Below, one piece after another: positions 44,868 through 54,750 of a stretch of 64,000 bases of DNA. The notes beneath the pieces were generated by a model that worked only from the letters and a program-made list of their open reading frames with translations, made no database searches and was not told the origin of the DNA. A program made the position numbers and the translations under genes. Position 1 is the stretch's first letter; every line of letters starts with the position of its first letter. The stretch covers positions 183,884-247,883 of the IMG/VR virus record IMGVR_UViG_3300047321_000238; one strand, 5' to 3'.

Positions 44868-46400
44868 TTATAGTGCTTTAACAGCTACTTTAAGATTTCC
44901 AGAGTCTGTAATAGTTACTGGAATCGACATTGTATCAAGGTTAGATGTTGTAATAGTTTTAGTTCTTGTCCCATTATCAGTAAATTTACAATTACCATAA
45001 AGATTAATTTGCAAACTTGTAGACAAATAGTGTCCTTGATAATTTTTAACATATGCAACTACATTTGTAGTTATATCTGTTCCATTGTAGTTATAAACAT
45101 CTGATTCAAAATCTGCAAATATAGTTACTGGCATTACATTTGAAATCATCTCTATGCTTGAATCAGCATATTGAATATAAAGATTATTATTACTATCGCA
45201 ACCGATTTGACTTATAGGTATATCAAATGAAGATACTTTTTTATATGAAGTTGTCCCAGTATCCCATGTATAAATATGACAACCATTTTCATAAGCTAAC
45301 ATTAAAGTTTGATTATTTAATACAGGTAAAACTGTTTTATATATTATTGGATTAAAGTTCGTATAAGACACAAGTTTCCAATTGTTTTCATCTATAACTT
45401 CATACGTATATAGAGCTGAATCGTTAGCAGTGAGGGCTATAGCATTTGTGCCTCTATTGTAAGATAAATGATTTATATATTTTTTTCCTGTAACTGAATC
45501 AGTAAAATCTATCAATGTATTACATACATATAAATGAGAAGGGGATGTAAATGGAATTTTGCCAGCAGGCAATAAAGACATATCCACTGTCACTGTAGAA
45601 TTTACTACAGTATCTTTAGTGGTATTTAATACATATTTTCTATATGCAAAATAATGATCAGTCATTCCTAAACTTAAACCATCCCTAACTGCATAAAATA
45701 CTCCATTGCTATTCATATCAGATGGGAATATCTCAAAAAAATTTCCAGTAGCAAATGTCTCTGCCAAAATCCAAGTTACTGCATTAGTAATTTTATTATA
45801 TTTTCCAATATTATAAGTAGTAGTACTCATAGTAGTTGTTCCAAAATATATATACATATCAGTGTCTTTTAATATTTTAATAGTTCCCATAGTACCTAAA
45901 TTTACAGATGTTTGCACCATAGTTGTTTTATTTATATAACCAATATAAGCATATGCTGCACCAGCTTCTCGGTTTACTGTAAAGTATGCTTTTTGACTAT
46001 CTTGACTTATTAAATCTACACATGTGAAATAAGAAGTAAGAAAATCAGTCATTTGAGTATCTGTCCAAGTTCCATTTGAATTCTTGGTAAGTTTATGAAC
46101 ATATGCATTTCCAGTTATACCTAATATACTTTGAGCTGCCACATAACAAGTTGAAGGATCTACAGAGTCTATTAAATAACTATTGGTTGTTCTATTTCTA
46201 TACCAATGACTATTTACATAAGCAGTTTTACTTAAAATCATATCATTGTTTGCACCAACAAGTATTGGACAGAAATCGAAAGGGATTGGAGAAAGTGTAT
46301 TTTTATCGTACACTTGTCCATTTATTAAGAAGCTATCACCTAGCTCTACTAATTTAGATACATTTCCATTAAGTGAATTCGTTCCTAAAATTTTTGCCAT
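44868..46400 (-). CDS. Beta-propeller-like virion/adhesin protein
   Basis: MAKIL start; IGCDSNNNLYI; YxYxGTDIxT...NYxGxY shared with its neighbour. Confidence 0.55.
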   Translation of the reverse strand: MAKILGTNSLNGNVSKLVELGDSFLINGQVYDKNTLSPIPFDFCPILVGANNDMILSKTAYVNSHWYRNRTTNSYLIDSVDPSTCYVAAQSILGITGNAYVHKLTKNSNGTWTDTQMTDFLTSYFTCVDLISQDSQKAYFTVNREAGAAYAYIGYINKTTMVQTSVNLGTMGTIKILKDTDMYIYFGTTTMSTTTYNIGKYNKITNAVTWILAETFATGNFFEIFPSDMNSNGVFYAVRDGLSLGMTDHYFAYRKYVLNTTKDTVVNSTVTVDMSLLPAGKIPFTSPSHLYVCNTLIDFTDSVTGKKYINHLSYNRGTNAIALTANDSALYTYEVIDENNWKLVSYTNFNPIIYKTVLPVLNNQTLMLAYENGCHIYTWDTGTTSYKKVSSFDIPISQIGCDSNNNLYIQYADSSIEMISNVMPVTIFADFESDVYNYNGTDITTNVVAYVKNYQGHYLSTSLQINLYGNCKFTDNGTRTKTITTSNLDTMSIPVTITDSGNLKVAVKAL

Positions 46401-46421
46401 TATATAATTCCTCCTTTATTT

Positions 46422-49400
46422 TTAATATGCAGTAAGATAGTAATTTGCACTAAACTTACCATTAACCATTACTTGCACATTCGGACTTATACCCAATATA
46501 TACTTTTGCGTACTACCAGGTGGAATCAAAACATCTACTACAACTAAAGAACTATCTAGCACAACTAAATGTAATTGATTAATTGCTTTAGCATCTTCAG
46601 TTTCATTGACACTAATTACATCATTTTTAATAGTTAATTCACTTTGCATAATTGCACTATAAATATTTGCATTAAAAATTGTATTAACATCAGCAAGTAA
46701 AGTAGATGAAGCAAAAGTTTGTGTATCCCAATGATTTTGATAAGTGTAAGGTTGTAAGTTAGTTAAAATTTTCTTACCTCCAAAATACATATTACCGTTA
46801 ACATCTTCTGTTATTTTATTTAATGAAGCAATATTTGTATGAATATGCTCATTTATTTTAGAAGAGAATAATGCACTAGATTCTGTTTTAGTATAAACAG
46901 TACTCTTAGCAGCGTAACCACCTAATACAGTTGTTATCTTAGAAGAACTATAAGTTTTATCTGTTCTACTTCTAGTATCATCTATAAAATCAGCAGTCAT
47001 AACTGTTGCTGATCCTCCTCCAGTTCCTGTACCATTACCTACTGCTCCTTGAGAACAATTTATAACAACTCTTACAGCATTATTAGTTGGAGATTCTAAT
47101 ATTATTTCATCTGGATTTGTTCCATCTAAAAGTCCCCACGAAATACTGTTTATACTAAAGTTGGTTGCATCATAGAATCCTACTATAAGATTTTTAGAAT
47201 TTAGTCCATGCTGAACCAAAGCAGTGTATATTCCTAATCCTGAATCATAAGTCCAATCTGTTTGACCTATTGTTTTAGTATAGTTCTCTTTACTATTAGT
47301 AAGAGTTCCTATATCTTTCAACTCGTAATTCATTAGTGTTCCATTTGCAACTAAAATTTTACCATTGTCATAAACATCTGGCATGTCTTGCAAATCTGTA
47401 GTAAACATATTTGGTAAACTTAGTTCAACAGTTCCATCTACTTTTTGTAATCCTGTTAAATTTTTAAATGTCAAGTTTGGAACGTCTGTAAAATCTATTC
47501 CATCTTTATCAGTTACTTTTTGTATCTTTATCATAGACTTTATAGAGCTAAGATAAGTAACTTGTGTTCCTGTTGAATTAGTAACTAAGAAAGCACTTGG
47601 CTTAACTATTGGATCTACATCAGATAATCCTGCTAATTTGATAGCACTTATCTTTGTATTTACAGTATTGTTAGTAACTAATTTATTTGAACTTGAAACA
47701 TCAGGAGGGATATCTGTAGCAATACCAGTTAAGGTAGTATTTATTGTAGCTTGCGTAGCTACTACTGCTGTTAAATTTTGAATATTAGCTTTTTCTGCAT
47801 CTGTTACATATCTAAAGTTTGTAGTTTCTACTAAGTCTGCAGTATTAAATAGTGACAAGTCACTTATTCCTCCACCGCCTCCACTACTTATAATAGGATT
47901 TCCTTTATACAATGGATTACCTAATCCATCTTCTGTGAAGAAATCTATAACATTCTTATTACTATGATCATGAGCTTTATTAATAGCATTTCCTATATCA
48001 GTATTAGTTTGAGTATAAGTATCTAATAAAGGCTTGTTAGCATGAGTATGTTTATTATTTACTGCATCTGCTAAATCAGCATCGATCTGAGTGTAAGTTG
48101 ATAATAGAATTGCATTAGGCAGATTTTGAATATCTGTTTTTCTAGCTATAAGTGGATCTATTCTACCTTCTTGATACATACCTGTTGATTCAGTAATAAC
48201 ATTAAGTTGGTTAGTACTAAAGTCACGAATAGTAGCCGTAAAAGAACCAGAGTAACTCCAAGAAGATGATGCATATAAATATATAGTAGATGCTCCTGCA
48301 TGAGTTTCATCAGCTATTACTATAATCATATCTTTTGATTTTGGAGATGGAAATGTAGTTGCTATGTCTGCTTTAGTTGGCACACTCCCTGTGAAGTTTC
48401 CTACACTTGAAATTGCATTGATTTGTGCTTGTATATTACTAGTAACTCCATACATATAATTTAATTCAGTTATAGTAGAAGTTAATCCATCTAAAGTAGT
48501 AGCTTTATCAACTATTCCATCACTATTAGCATCATAGATACTTTTCTTCATATCTCCTAATATTTTTCCATTATAATATAAATTACCTAATACATCTGTC
48601 ATATTATTAATTGCATCATGTTGATTTTTATCTATATGGTAGAATTCTGCTGTAGCAACTTTTCCACCTTGTATGGTACTTAATCCATTATGATTACCTG
48701 TAGCAGATAATATTAAATTGGTTTTATCAAATGTTAATCCACTTGTGAAATTACTTGTAACCGTATAAGTCTCATTGTTATATACTAGGTTTTGACCTAT
48801 TGTGTAAGGTGTACTTGGTTTCCATGTTTGAACTAATTGAGTTTCTATTGCCATATCAGCAATCAAAGCATGTTCTGCTCTATCTACTAAAGCATTTCCG
48901 TTTATATCATAAACAGTCTTATGCATATCAGAAACTACAGTCCAATCATTTAAATCAAAAGTTGAACTACTAGCAAAACTTGATTTAGATGTTAATAGAT
49001 TACTATCGTGAACAATAGTCTCTCCATAACTATAAGGATTGTTTGGAGTAAAGTCGGGGAATTTAATACTTGTACTACCACTTCCTCCTCCACTACCTCC
49101 GCCATATACAGCATAGTTTCCTGGATCTATATCTGGACTTACTATAGCACTCGCAATTTCGTTTAAAGTTTTATATAACTTACCCATATAAGATATAAGT
49201 TGAAATTGTTTAAAACTTTTTCCTGATTGCCAATCTAACACTATAGCTACATCACTACCTGCTTCACTAACACTTTTGTCTATATTTATTTTGTAAATTG
49301 TTACTTTACTATTTGTAGTATCTGTAACAGCACATACTTGTCCAGCATATGCTTTTGAAGTTAAAGCAAAAGTTTGCAAAGCTGATAATGATGAAAATAC

Positions 49401-49820
49401 TGAACTTGCTTTAAGATCTGATGCAAGACTTGCTATATTTGTTGTTATCATATTGTCAACACTTGTTGCAGTTGAAGCAAACATTGCATTGATTTGTTCT
49501 TTAGTATAATAATCATTTAAATCAATTACATCAGTAATAGGATTACCTTGAAATAATAATTGTCCACCTACAAATGAGAACTTGTTTAATAAAACATCAT
49601 TTAAAGAACCTAATTTATTTTTATCTGCTGTTATATAATTATTATCAGACAATCCAGTTATAACTACATCAATTTTAGAACCGTCTTTCATTGTAAAGTG
49701 CAATGTACCGCCTGTATTTACAATGCTTTCTATTCCAACGTGCATACTGTTAATTGCTTCCATAACTATAATTTTAGATTTACCTTTAGCTATGGAAAGT
49801 GTTGTTACATCTATACTCAT
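46422..49820 (-). CDS. Long tail fibre protein with CBM5/12-like modules
   Basis: WKPSTPYTIGQNLVYNNETY-type modules; HTHANK and HDHSNK motifs; DMKKSIYD; GVTSNIQAQIN. Confidence 0.7.
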   Translation of the reverse strand: MSIDVTTLSIAKGKSKIIVMEAINSMHVGIESIVNTGGTLHFTMKDGSKIDVVITGLSDNNYITADKNKLGSLNDVLLNKFSFVGGQLLFQGNPITDVIDLNDYYTKEQINAMFASTATSVDNMITTNIASLASDLKASSVFSSLSALQTFALTSKAYAGQVCAVTDTTNSKVTIYKINIDKSVSEAGSDVAIVLDWQSGKSFKQFQLISYMGKLYKTLNEIASAIVSPDIDPGNYAVYGGGSGGGSGSTSIKFPDFTPNNPYSYGETIVHDSNLLTSKSSFASSSTFDLNDWTVVSDMHKTVYDINGNALVDRAEHALIADMAIETQLVQTWKPSTPYTIGQNLVYNNETYTVTSNFTSGLTFDKTNLILSATGNHNGLSTIQGGKVATAEFYHIDKNQHDAINNMTDVLGNLYYNGKILGDMKKSIYDANSDGIVDKATTLDGLTSTITELNYMYGVTSNIQAQINAISSVGNFTGSVPTKADIATTFPSPKSKDMIIVIADETHAGASTIYLYASSSWSYSGSFTATIRDFSTNQLNVITESTGMYQEGRIDPLIARKTDIQNLPNAILLSTYTQIDADLADAVNNKHTHANKPLLDTYTQTNTDIGNAINKAHDHSNKNVIDFFTEDGLGNPLYKGNPIISSGGGGGISDLSLFNTADLVETTNFRYVTDAEKANIQNLTAVVATQATINTTLTGIATDIPPDVSSSNKLVTNNTVNTKISAIKLAGLSDVDPIVKPSAFLVTNSTGTQVTYLSSIKSMIKIQKVTDKDGIDFTDVPNLTFKNLTGLQKVDGTVELSLPNMFTTDLQDMPDVYDNGKILVANGTLMNYELKDIGTLTNSKENYTKTIGQTDWTYDSGLGIYTALVQHGLNSKNLIVGFYDATNFSINSISWGLLDGTNPDEIILESPTNNAVRVVINCSQGAVGNGTGTGGGSATVMTADFIDDTRSRTDKTYSSSKITTVLGGYAAKSTVYTKTESSALFSSKINEHIHTNIASLNKITEDVNGNMYFGGKKILTNLQPYTYQNHWDTQTFASSTLLADVNTIFNANIYSAIMQSELTIKNDVISVNETEDAKAINQLHLVVLDSSLVVVDVLIPPGSTQKYILGISPNVQVMVNGKFSANYYLTAY

Positions 49821-49836
49821 TAATTAATCCTCCTTT

Positions 49837-50043
49837 CTATTGTAAATGCCATTGTTCATCATCTTCTGAATACATATAAACGTCTCCCGTATCGATTACG
49901 TACACCGTACTAGAAGTAGGAATATATCCTCCAGTTTTGTTTAAGTTTGTAGGAAGATTAGGAACATCAGAAGACATACATGATAATTCTTTTATCTTTC
50001 TAACTTTTTCTCCATCCTTATCTACTCTAATCATTAAAAACAA
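49837..50043 (-). CDS. Small fibre-associated protein
   Basis: SSDVPNLPT...STVYVIDTGDVYMY...W motif; AAGGAG RBS. Confidence 0.6.
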   Translation of the reverse strand: MFLMIRVDKDGEKVRKIKELSCMSSDVPNLPTNLNKTGGYIPTSSTVYVIDTGDVYMYSEDDEQWHLQ

Positions 50044-50051
50044 CTCCTTTC

Positions 50052-50486
50052 TTAATCGAATTCTATATCTAAAAACATATTCTTTAGACCGTTTTTTAGA
50101 TTTCCAGGGAAGTTACTGAATTTTAATTTGATGTTTTTATAACTAGCAGCATTAGTTGATTGCTCTAATCCATCATTATATTCTCCACTTAACTGCCCTA
50201 TTGAAACGACAGCTCTTTGAAGTTCCGTTTCTGGAACTGCATAGTAGCTATCGTTAACTGAAACTGTACAATATGATAATAGTGATGAATCTTCTATAGT
50301 GTCAAAATAGATAGCTAATCTTGCATCGTCAATGTTATCTACACTTTTCGAACCATATCTGTTATTCCAGACTTGTACACTTACATTGATTTCTGAATCA
50401 GATGTATATGAACCTAAGTAATATTCATCATCTTGCATATAACTGTCCTGCTCTTTTACATACCAACTTATTATAGGATTACTCAT
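50052..50486 (-). CDS. Putative virion structural protein
   Basis: QVWNNRYG motif; operon context. Confidence 0.55.
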   Translation of the reverse strand: MSNPIISWYVKEQDSYMQDDEYYLGSYTSDSEINVSVQVWNNRYGSKSVDNIDDARLAIYFDTIEDSSLLSYCTVSVNDSYYAVPETELQRAVVSIGQLSGEYNDGLEQSTNAASYKNIKLKFSNFPGNLKNGLKNMFLDIEFD

Positions 50487-50503
50487 ACCAAATATTCTCC
50501 TTT

Positions 50504-52879
50504 CTATGATCTATTAAATCTTATACCAGTCAAATATAAATGGTTAGATGCTAATACATCCGCGGCCATAATCGTCAAGAAAGTGTAGTCATTTTCTACT
50601 TCAATTTTGTAATCTATATTTTGACATAATAATTTATTACTGTTGATATTCACCAATATAACAAAATCGCCATAAGAAAAAATATTGGTAACATCAAACT
50701 TTTGATAAAGTTGAGACACTGTAAGAGTAGTGTTTATGTTATTCATAGCAATACCTTCATACATTGCTGTGCTCAAATTATCTTTACCTATCTTAATGTC
50801 CTTAGCTAAATACTTAGAATCTAAATTAGTCTCTATATTACTTAAAGTTTCTATATGACTTCTTACATCTGCAGTATAATCTTCTATCTTTTGATTCATA
50901 GCAGTTACTGTTGCACTATTTTGTTCTACTAAAGCATGTACAGTATCTATTTGATCTTGGAATCCAGATAATAAATTTTGTACGTGATCATAAGAATAAA
51001 CTGTAGAAGTTATCTTGTAAGAAACTCTATCTCCATCTTTTATTTCAGCTATTACTTTAAAGTTAAATAGATTAGCTCCTTTATCGTCAAGTTCAGTTCC
51101 TAACTCAATAAATCCAATTCCTTTATCTAAACGCTTTCCATTTAGATATACTTCTAATTGATTCTCTTGATATCTAAAAGGTGTTGCACATTTAAATATT
51201 GGTTCTTGGAATTCGCTACCGTTAACTGTTTGAATATACTTTGTATAAACAGCAGAGTCCTCAGCTACAAATGTTGCACTTCTTTGGAATCTTTTAGCTA
51301 TAGGATTTGAGTTCACTCTATGAGTTACTGAAGCTTCTATATAACAACTTTTCTTTTGAAGAGCTGCATCTAATTTAAATCCTACTCCAATGTTTTCATA
51401 TGCTTCAGCTATTTTATAATCTTCAAAATCATTTTGATAATCATAATAACTAACTAATTGTCTTCTTATAAAAGAAGATTCATCTCCAGCTATTGCATCG
51501 TTAATTGTTATTTCTTCAAATTGATCTGAATGTAATGGTGTTTGATCTATCATTATATCTAAGCAATTCTTACCTGGAGTAAATAACATGTTTCTATTAC
51601 TCTTAGAATTAAAGAAGAAATGTTGTAAATCCATCTCACATGTAAAGTTCAAATAACTAACATATTCAGGAGTCCATATGAATCTTTCTTTTGCATCGAT
51701 ATAAGACTTATCATTTGCTGCTACCCATTCTGCATATCCATCATATCTTGTAATCCTATAAGTTATTAAATCACCTTTAACTAAAGTCTTTAATATCTTG
51801 AATTGTTTAGTCCATGCAGTAGAGGCTTCTTTTTCTAGGTCAGTTAAGTCTGATCCTTCTACGAACTCTTCTATATTAGTAAGTTCATTTCCATTTACAT
51901 AAACCTTTATTTGTTGCATACCATATTTATATCTTACATTTGTATCAAATATTTGAGGACTATTTGGATCTGAACTAGTGAATGCAATTGCATCTGCAAA
52001 TTCAGAATAATCAGTATGTCTCCAAACCTTTAATTCATTTGAGAAAGTATCATACCATAAAGCATACTCCTCAGGATCTGATGGTTCAACAACATGAATT
52101 GTCTTTAATGAATCAAAAGGTAATCCACATAGATATAGTTTATTGTTACTATCTGTGTAAACATTTCTAACTGATTTAAAATCTTTTACAAACTTAATTG
52201 TAGCAATTTCATTACCTAAAGAGTCTACGCCGAATCCATCTACTTCAATGTATCCTAGCATGTAACTATACTCAGTGTCTTTTACTTCTGGAACTGAAGG
52301 CGATGGTGAAGTTATTCCTTGTCTGTATTGTAATTTGTAGTTAGTATCTATAAAGATAACATCACGTCTTTTGTATGTTATGTTATAGAACACATCTAAC
52401 TTCTTGCTTGCTAAATCTGTTATAGCATTTAAAGTTACGTAGTTATCACTAATGCTTGCTATAGATAACTTTTGTGTATTGTCTTCTGATAGTACTACAG
52501 TAACTCCTGAGTTAACTAAGTCAACATTATCTGAAGTTGTTAATCTAGTTAATGCATATGGTTTTTCTGCAAGTTTAACTCTATTGTATTCATCAGTGCT
52601 AACTAATAATTCGCTCTTCTCTATAAGTATAGGTTTATCTATACTCATTGTTGTTGTATCGATATATACTTCGGATCCGTCATTTGCAATTAAACATCCT
52701 TCTGCTATTGTTAAAGAAAAGTCGTTTAAAGTAAAATCAAATCCATAAGAAATACCAGGTCCACCAACCGCTCTTCGTTCATTACTTATTTGATCTTGAA
52801 TAACATCGAAGTTGTGTTGTATTTCTGTTTGTTTGATTCCATTAGAGAAATCAATCATTTTCAATTTTTTATCGCTCAT
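50504..52879 (-). CDS. Baseplate/fibre-attachment structural protein
   Basis: GPGISYGFDF...IAEG; RRDVI...SPSPSVP; repeated VYxNG modules. Confidence 0.6.
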   Translation of the reverse strand: MSDKKLKMIDFSNGIKQTEIQHNFDVIQDQISNERRAVGGPGISYGFDFTLNDFSLTIAEGCLIANDGSEVYIDTTTMSIDKPILIEKSELLVSTDEYNRVKLAEKPYALTRLTTSDNVDLVNSGVTVVLSEDNTQKLSIASISDNYVTLNAITDLASKKLDVFYNITYKRRDVIFIDTNYKLQYRQGITSPSPSVPEVKDTEYSYMLGYIEVDGFGVDSLGNEIATIKFVKDFKSVRNVYTDSNNKLYLCGLPFDSLKTIHVVEPSDPEEYALWYDTFSNELKVWRHTDYSEFADAIAFTSSDPNSPQIFDTNVRYKYGMQQIKVYVNGNELTNIEEFVEGSDLTDLEKEASTAWTKQFKILKTLVKGDLITYRITRYDGYAEWVAANDKSYIDAKERFIWTPEYVSYLNFTCEMDLQHFFFNSKSNRNMLFTPGKNCLDIMIDQTPLHSDQFEEITINDAIAGDESSFIRRQLVSYYDYQNDFEDYKIAEAYENIGVGFKLDAALQKKSCYIEASVTHRVNSNPIAKRFQRSATFVAEDSAVYTKYIQTVNGSEFQEPIFKCATPFRYQENQLEVYLNGKRLDKGIGFIELGTELDDKGANLFNFKVIAEIKDGDRVSYKITSTVYSYDHVQNLLSGFQDQIDTVHALVEQNSATVTAMNQKIEDYTADVRSHIETLSNIETNLDSKYLAKDIKIGKDNLSTAMYEGIAMNNINTTLTVSQLYQKFDVTNIFSYGDFVILVNINSNKLLCQNIDYKIEVENDYTFLTIMAADVLASNHLYLTGIRFNRS

Positions 52880-54748
52880 TTATATTTCCTCCTTAAAAAT
52901 TATGATAGGATAATCTTCAGCTAACATATATTGTTTCACTATATCCATTACTTTGTCTTTGTACTCTTCTAAATACTTTGGTAAAGTAATTATTAGTGAG
53001 CCAGCTTTTCTATAAGGTCTACCATACATATTTCCGATATCAAAACAATCAAAGTTATCATCTGCATCTAAAGGTAAGCCGCCACCTCTTTGTCTCATAT
53101 CGTAGATAGTGTTTTCAGTCTTAGTTACATCTTGCGATACGGTTATGGTCATTAGTATTAAACCGTTTGATGCTGCTGTGTAAGCTTTCTTATTTAATAG
53201 CTCATACTGACTTACTGAATCATTTTGCTTACAGATTAAATAATATGTCTCATCTTGAATCTTTTGTTCTACATTATTAATTACTTCAATTAATGGTATA
53301 ATTATAGGTTCTTGATTATATTTTATGAAAATTCCTGCATCAGAATTTTTAAAAGGTTTTAATTCAATGACTATCTCATCATCTATTCTTTCAACATTAA
53401 CACAATCTTCTATTGCTTCATTTATCTTATATATAAAATCTTGATAGAAGAAGATCTCTTCGTTAGTATATATAGACACCCAACCTGCAGGTTTCTCTTT
53501 TGGATCAGCATATATATTATCTGCTCCTCTAAGTTTAGTGAAAGTTAGGTAGTTATTATATACTCCACTATAAGTTACGTAAGGATATTTAGCTGAATCT
53601 ATTACAACTGTAGTACTACTTATTTCACTATTATTAAGTCCGACTAACTCAGGAATGCTTAATGCACTAGTAAATTTATTCTTCTTAATAAGTTTATTGT
53701 CTTTAACTATATAGTCTGGAACCACATCTGCGATCCAATCAGTAATTAAATCTGAGTTGAAATAGCTATTAAAATAAGTGTAACTTAGCATCTCATAGAA
53801 TATCTTGTAATTACTAGTTGCAGTATTTAATAAGTCTTCAGAAATATATATAACAAAAGTCTTGTCCACATTTTCTTCTATAAGAACTGGAGTCTTAGTT
53901 GTATTTGTAAATAGACTATAGTATTTCTTAGTAGAAGTGTTTGGTGGCACATTGAAATAGTACTTAGTAATCATGCTACTGTTGCTATATATATTTGGAT
54001 TACTAACTGTGTAGCTAGTGTTATTATAACTATACAATAAATTTACTTTACTACTATCGTATATGTCTCCTTCATAATCTTTAATGGCAAAATCATTCTT
54101 TACTATGAAGCAGAAGTTTGTATCATAGTTATCTATATAATAATCTTTATCAAATGTTAATGTAGCATCATCATCCTGCAATATAGTAGTCATATTTTTT
54201 AACAAGAAGAATGTAATATCAGAATCAGCAATTGTAGTTTCGCATAACTTGTTTAATGACATGTCACTATTGTTGATTGTAATGTTCCCTGGAGCCAATG
54301 CTCTAGAAACAGCATCTCCGAATATAGGCATTAATCTATTTGCATAAACTTTATTGTTAAAGAATAATGCACTTATATTGTAAAGCATATTAGATTGATA
54401 TTTGATTTTCTTTTTAGCTCTAAGCTTATATTCAAATGTCTTTGGCCTAAACTTAGTACTATCACTTTTAGGAATATATATATAACCACTAGTTTCATCT
54501 CTAGAGAAATCTTTAACCATATCATCGTATGGTATTTGATTTTCATATTTATCAAATAAACATATATTAGTATTAACCACGTTATATGGCAATACTTCTT
54601 GTTTGCTATAAGTTTTGAAATCATCATTGATTACTGTACTTATGTTATATGCAGACGCCGTAGTGTCTACATATGCCAATGGAATATCTGTAAGTGCATC
54701 TAGTTCTTTCTTGACTTCTATAGTAGATTTATTAGGATAGATCTTCAT
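52880..54748 (-). CDS. Putative baseplate structural protein
   Basis: C-terminal YDMRQRGGGLP...DIGNMYGRPY; operon context. Confidence 0.55.
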   Translation of the reverse strand: MKIYPNKSTIEVKKELDALTDIPLAYVDTTASAYNISTVINDDFKTYSKQEVLPYNVVNTNICLFDKYENQIPYDDMVKDFSRDETSGYIYIPKSDSTKFRPKTFEYKLRAKKKIKYQSNMLYNISALFFNNKVYANRLMPIFGDAVSRALAPGNITINNSDMSLNKLCETTIADSDITFFLLKNMTTILQDDDATLTFDKDYYIDNYDTNFCFIVKNDFAIKDYEGDIYDSSKVNLLYSYNNTSYTVSNPNIYSNSSMITKYYFNVPPNTSTKKYYSLFTNTTKTPVLIEENVDKTFVIYISEDLLNTATSNYKIFYEMLSYTYFNSYFNSDLITDWIADVVPDYIVKDNKLIKKNKFTSALSIPELVGLNNSEISSTTVVIDSAKYPYVTYSGVYNNYLTFTKLRGADNIYADPKEKPAGWVSIYTNEEIFFYQDFIYKINEAIEDCVNVERIDDEIVIELKPFKNSDAGIFIKYNQEPIIIPLIEVINNVEQKIQDETYYLICKQNDSVSQYELLNKKAYTAASNGLILMTITVSQDVTKTENTIYDMRQRGGGLPLDADDNFDCFDIGNMYGRPYRKAGSLIITLPKYLEEYKDKVMDIVKQYMLAEDYPIIIFKEEI

Positions 54749-54750
54749 GG

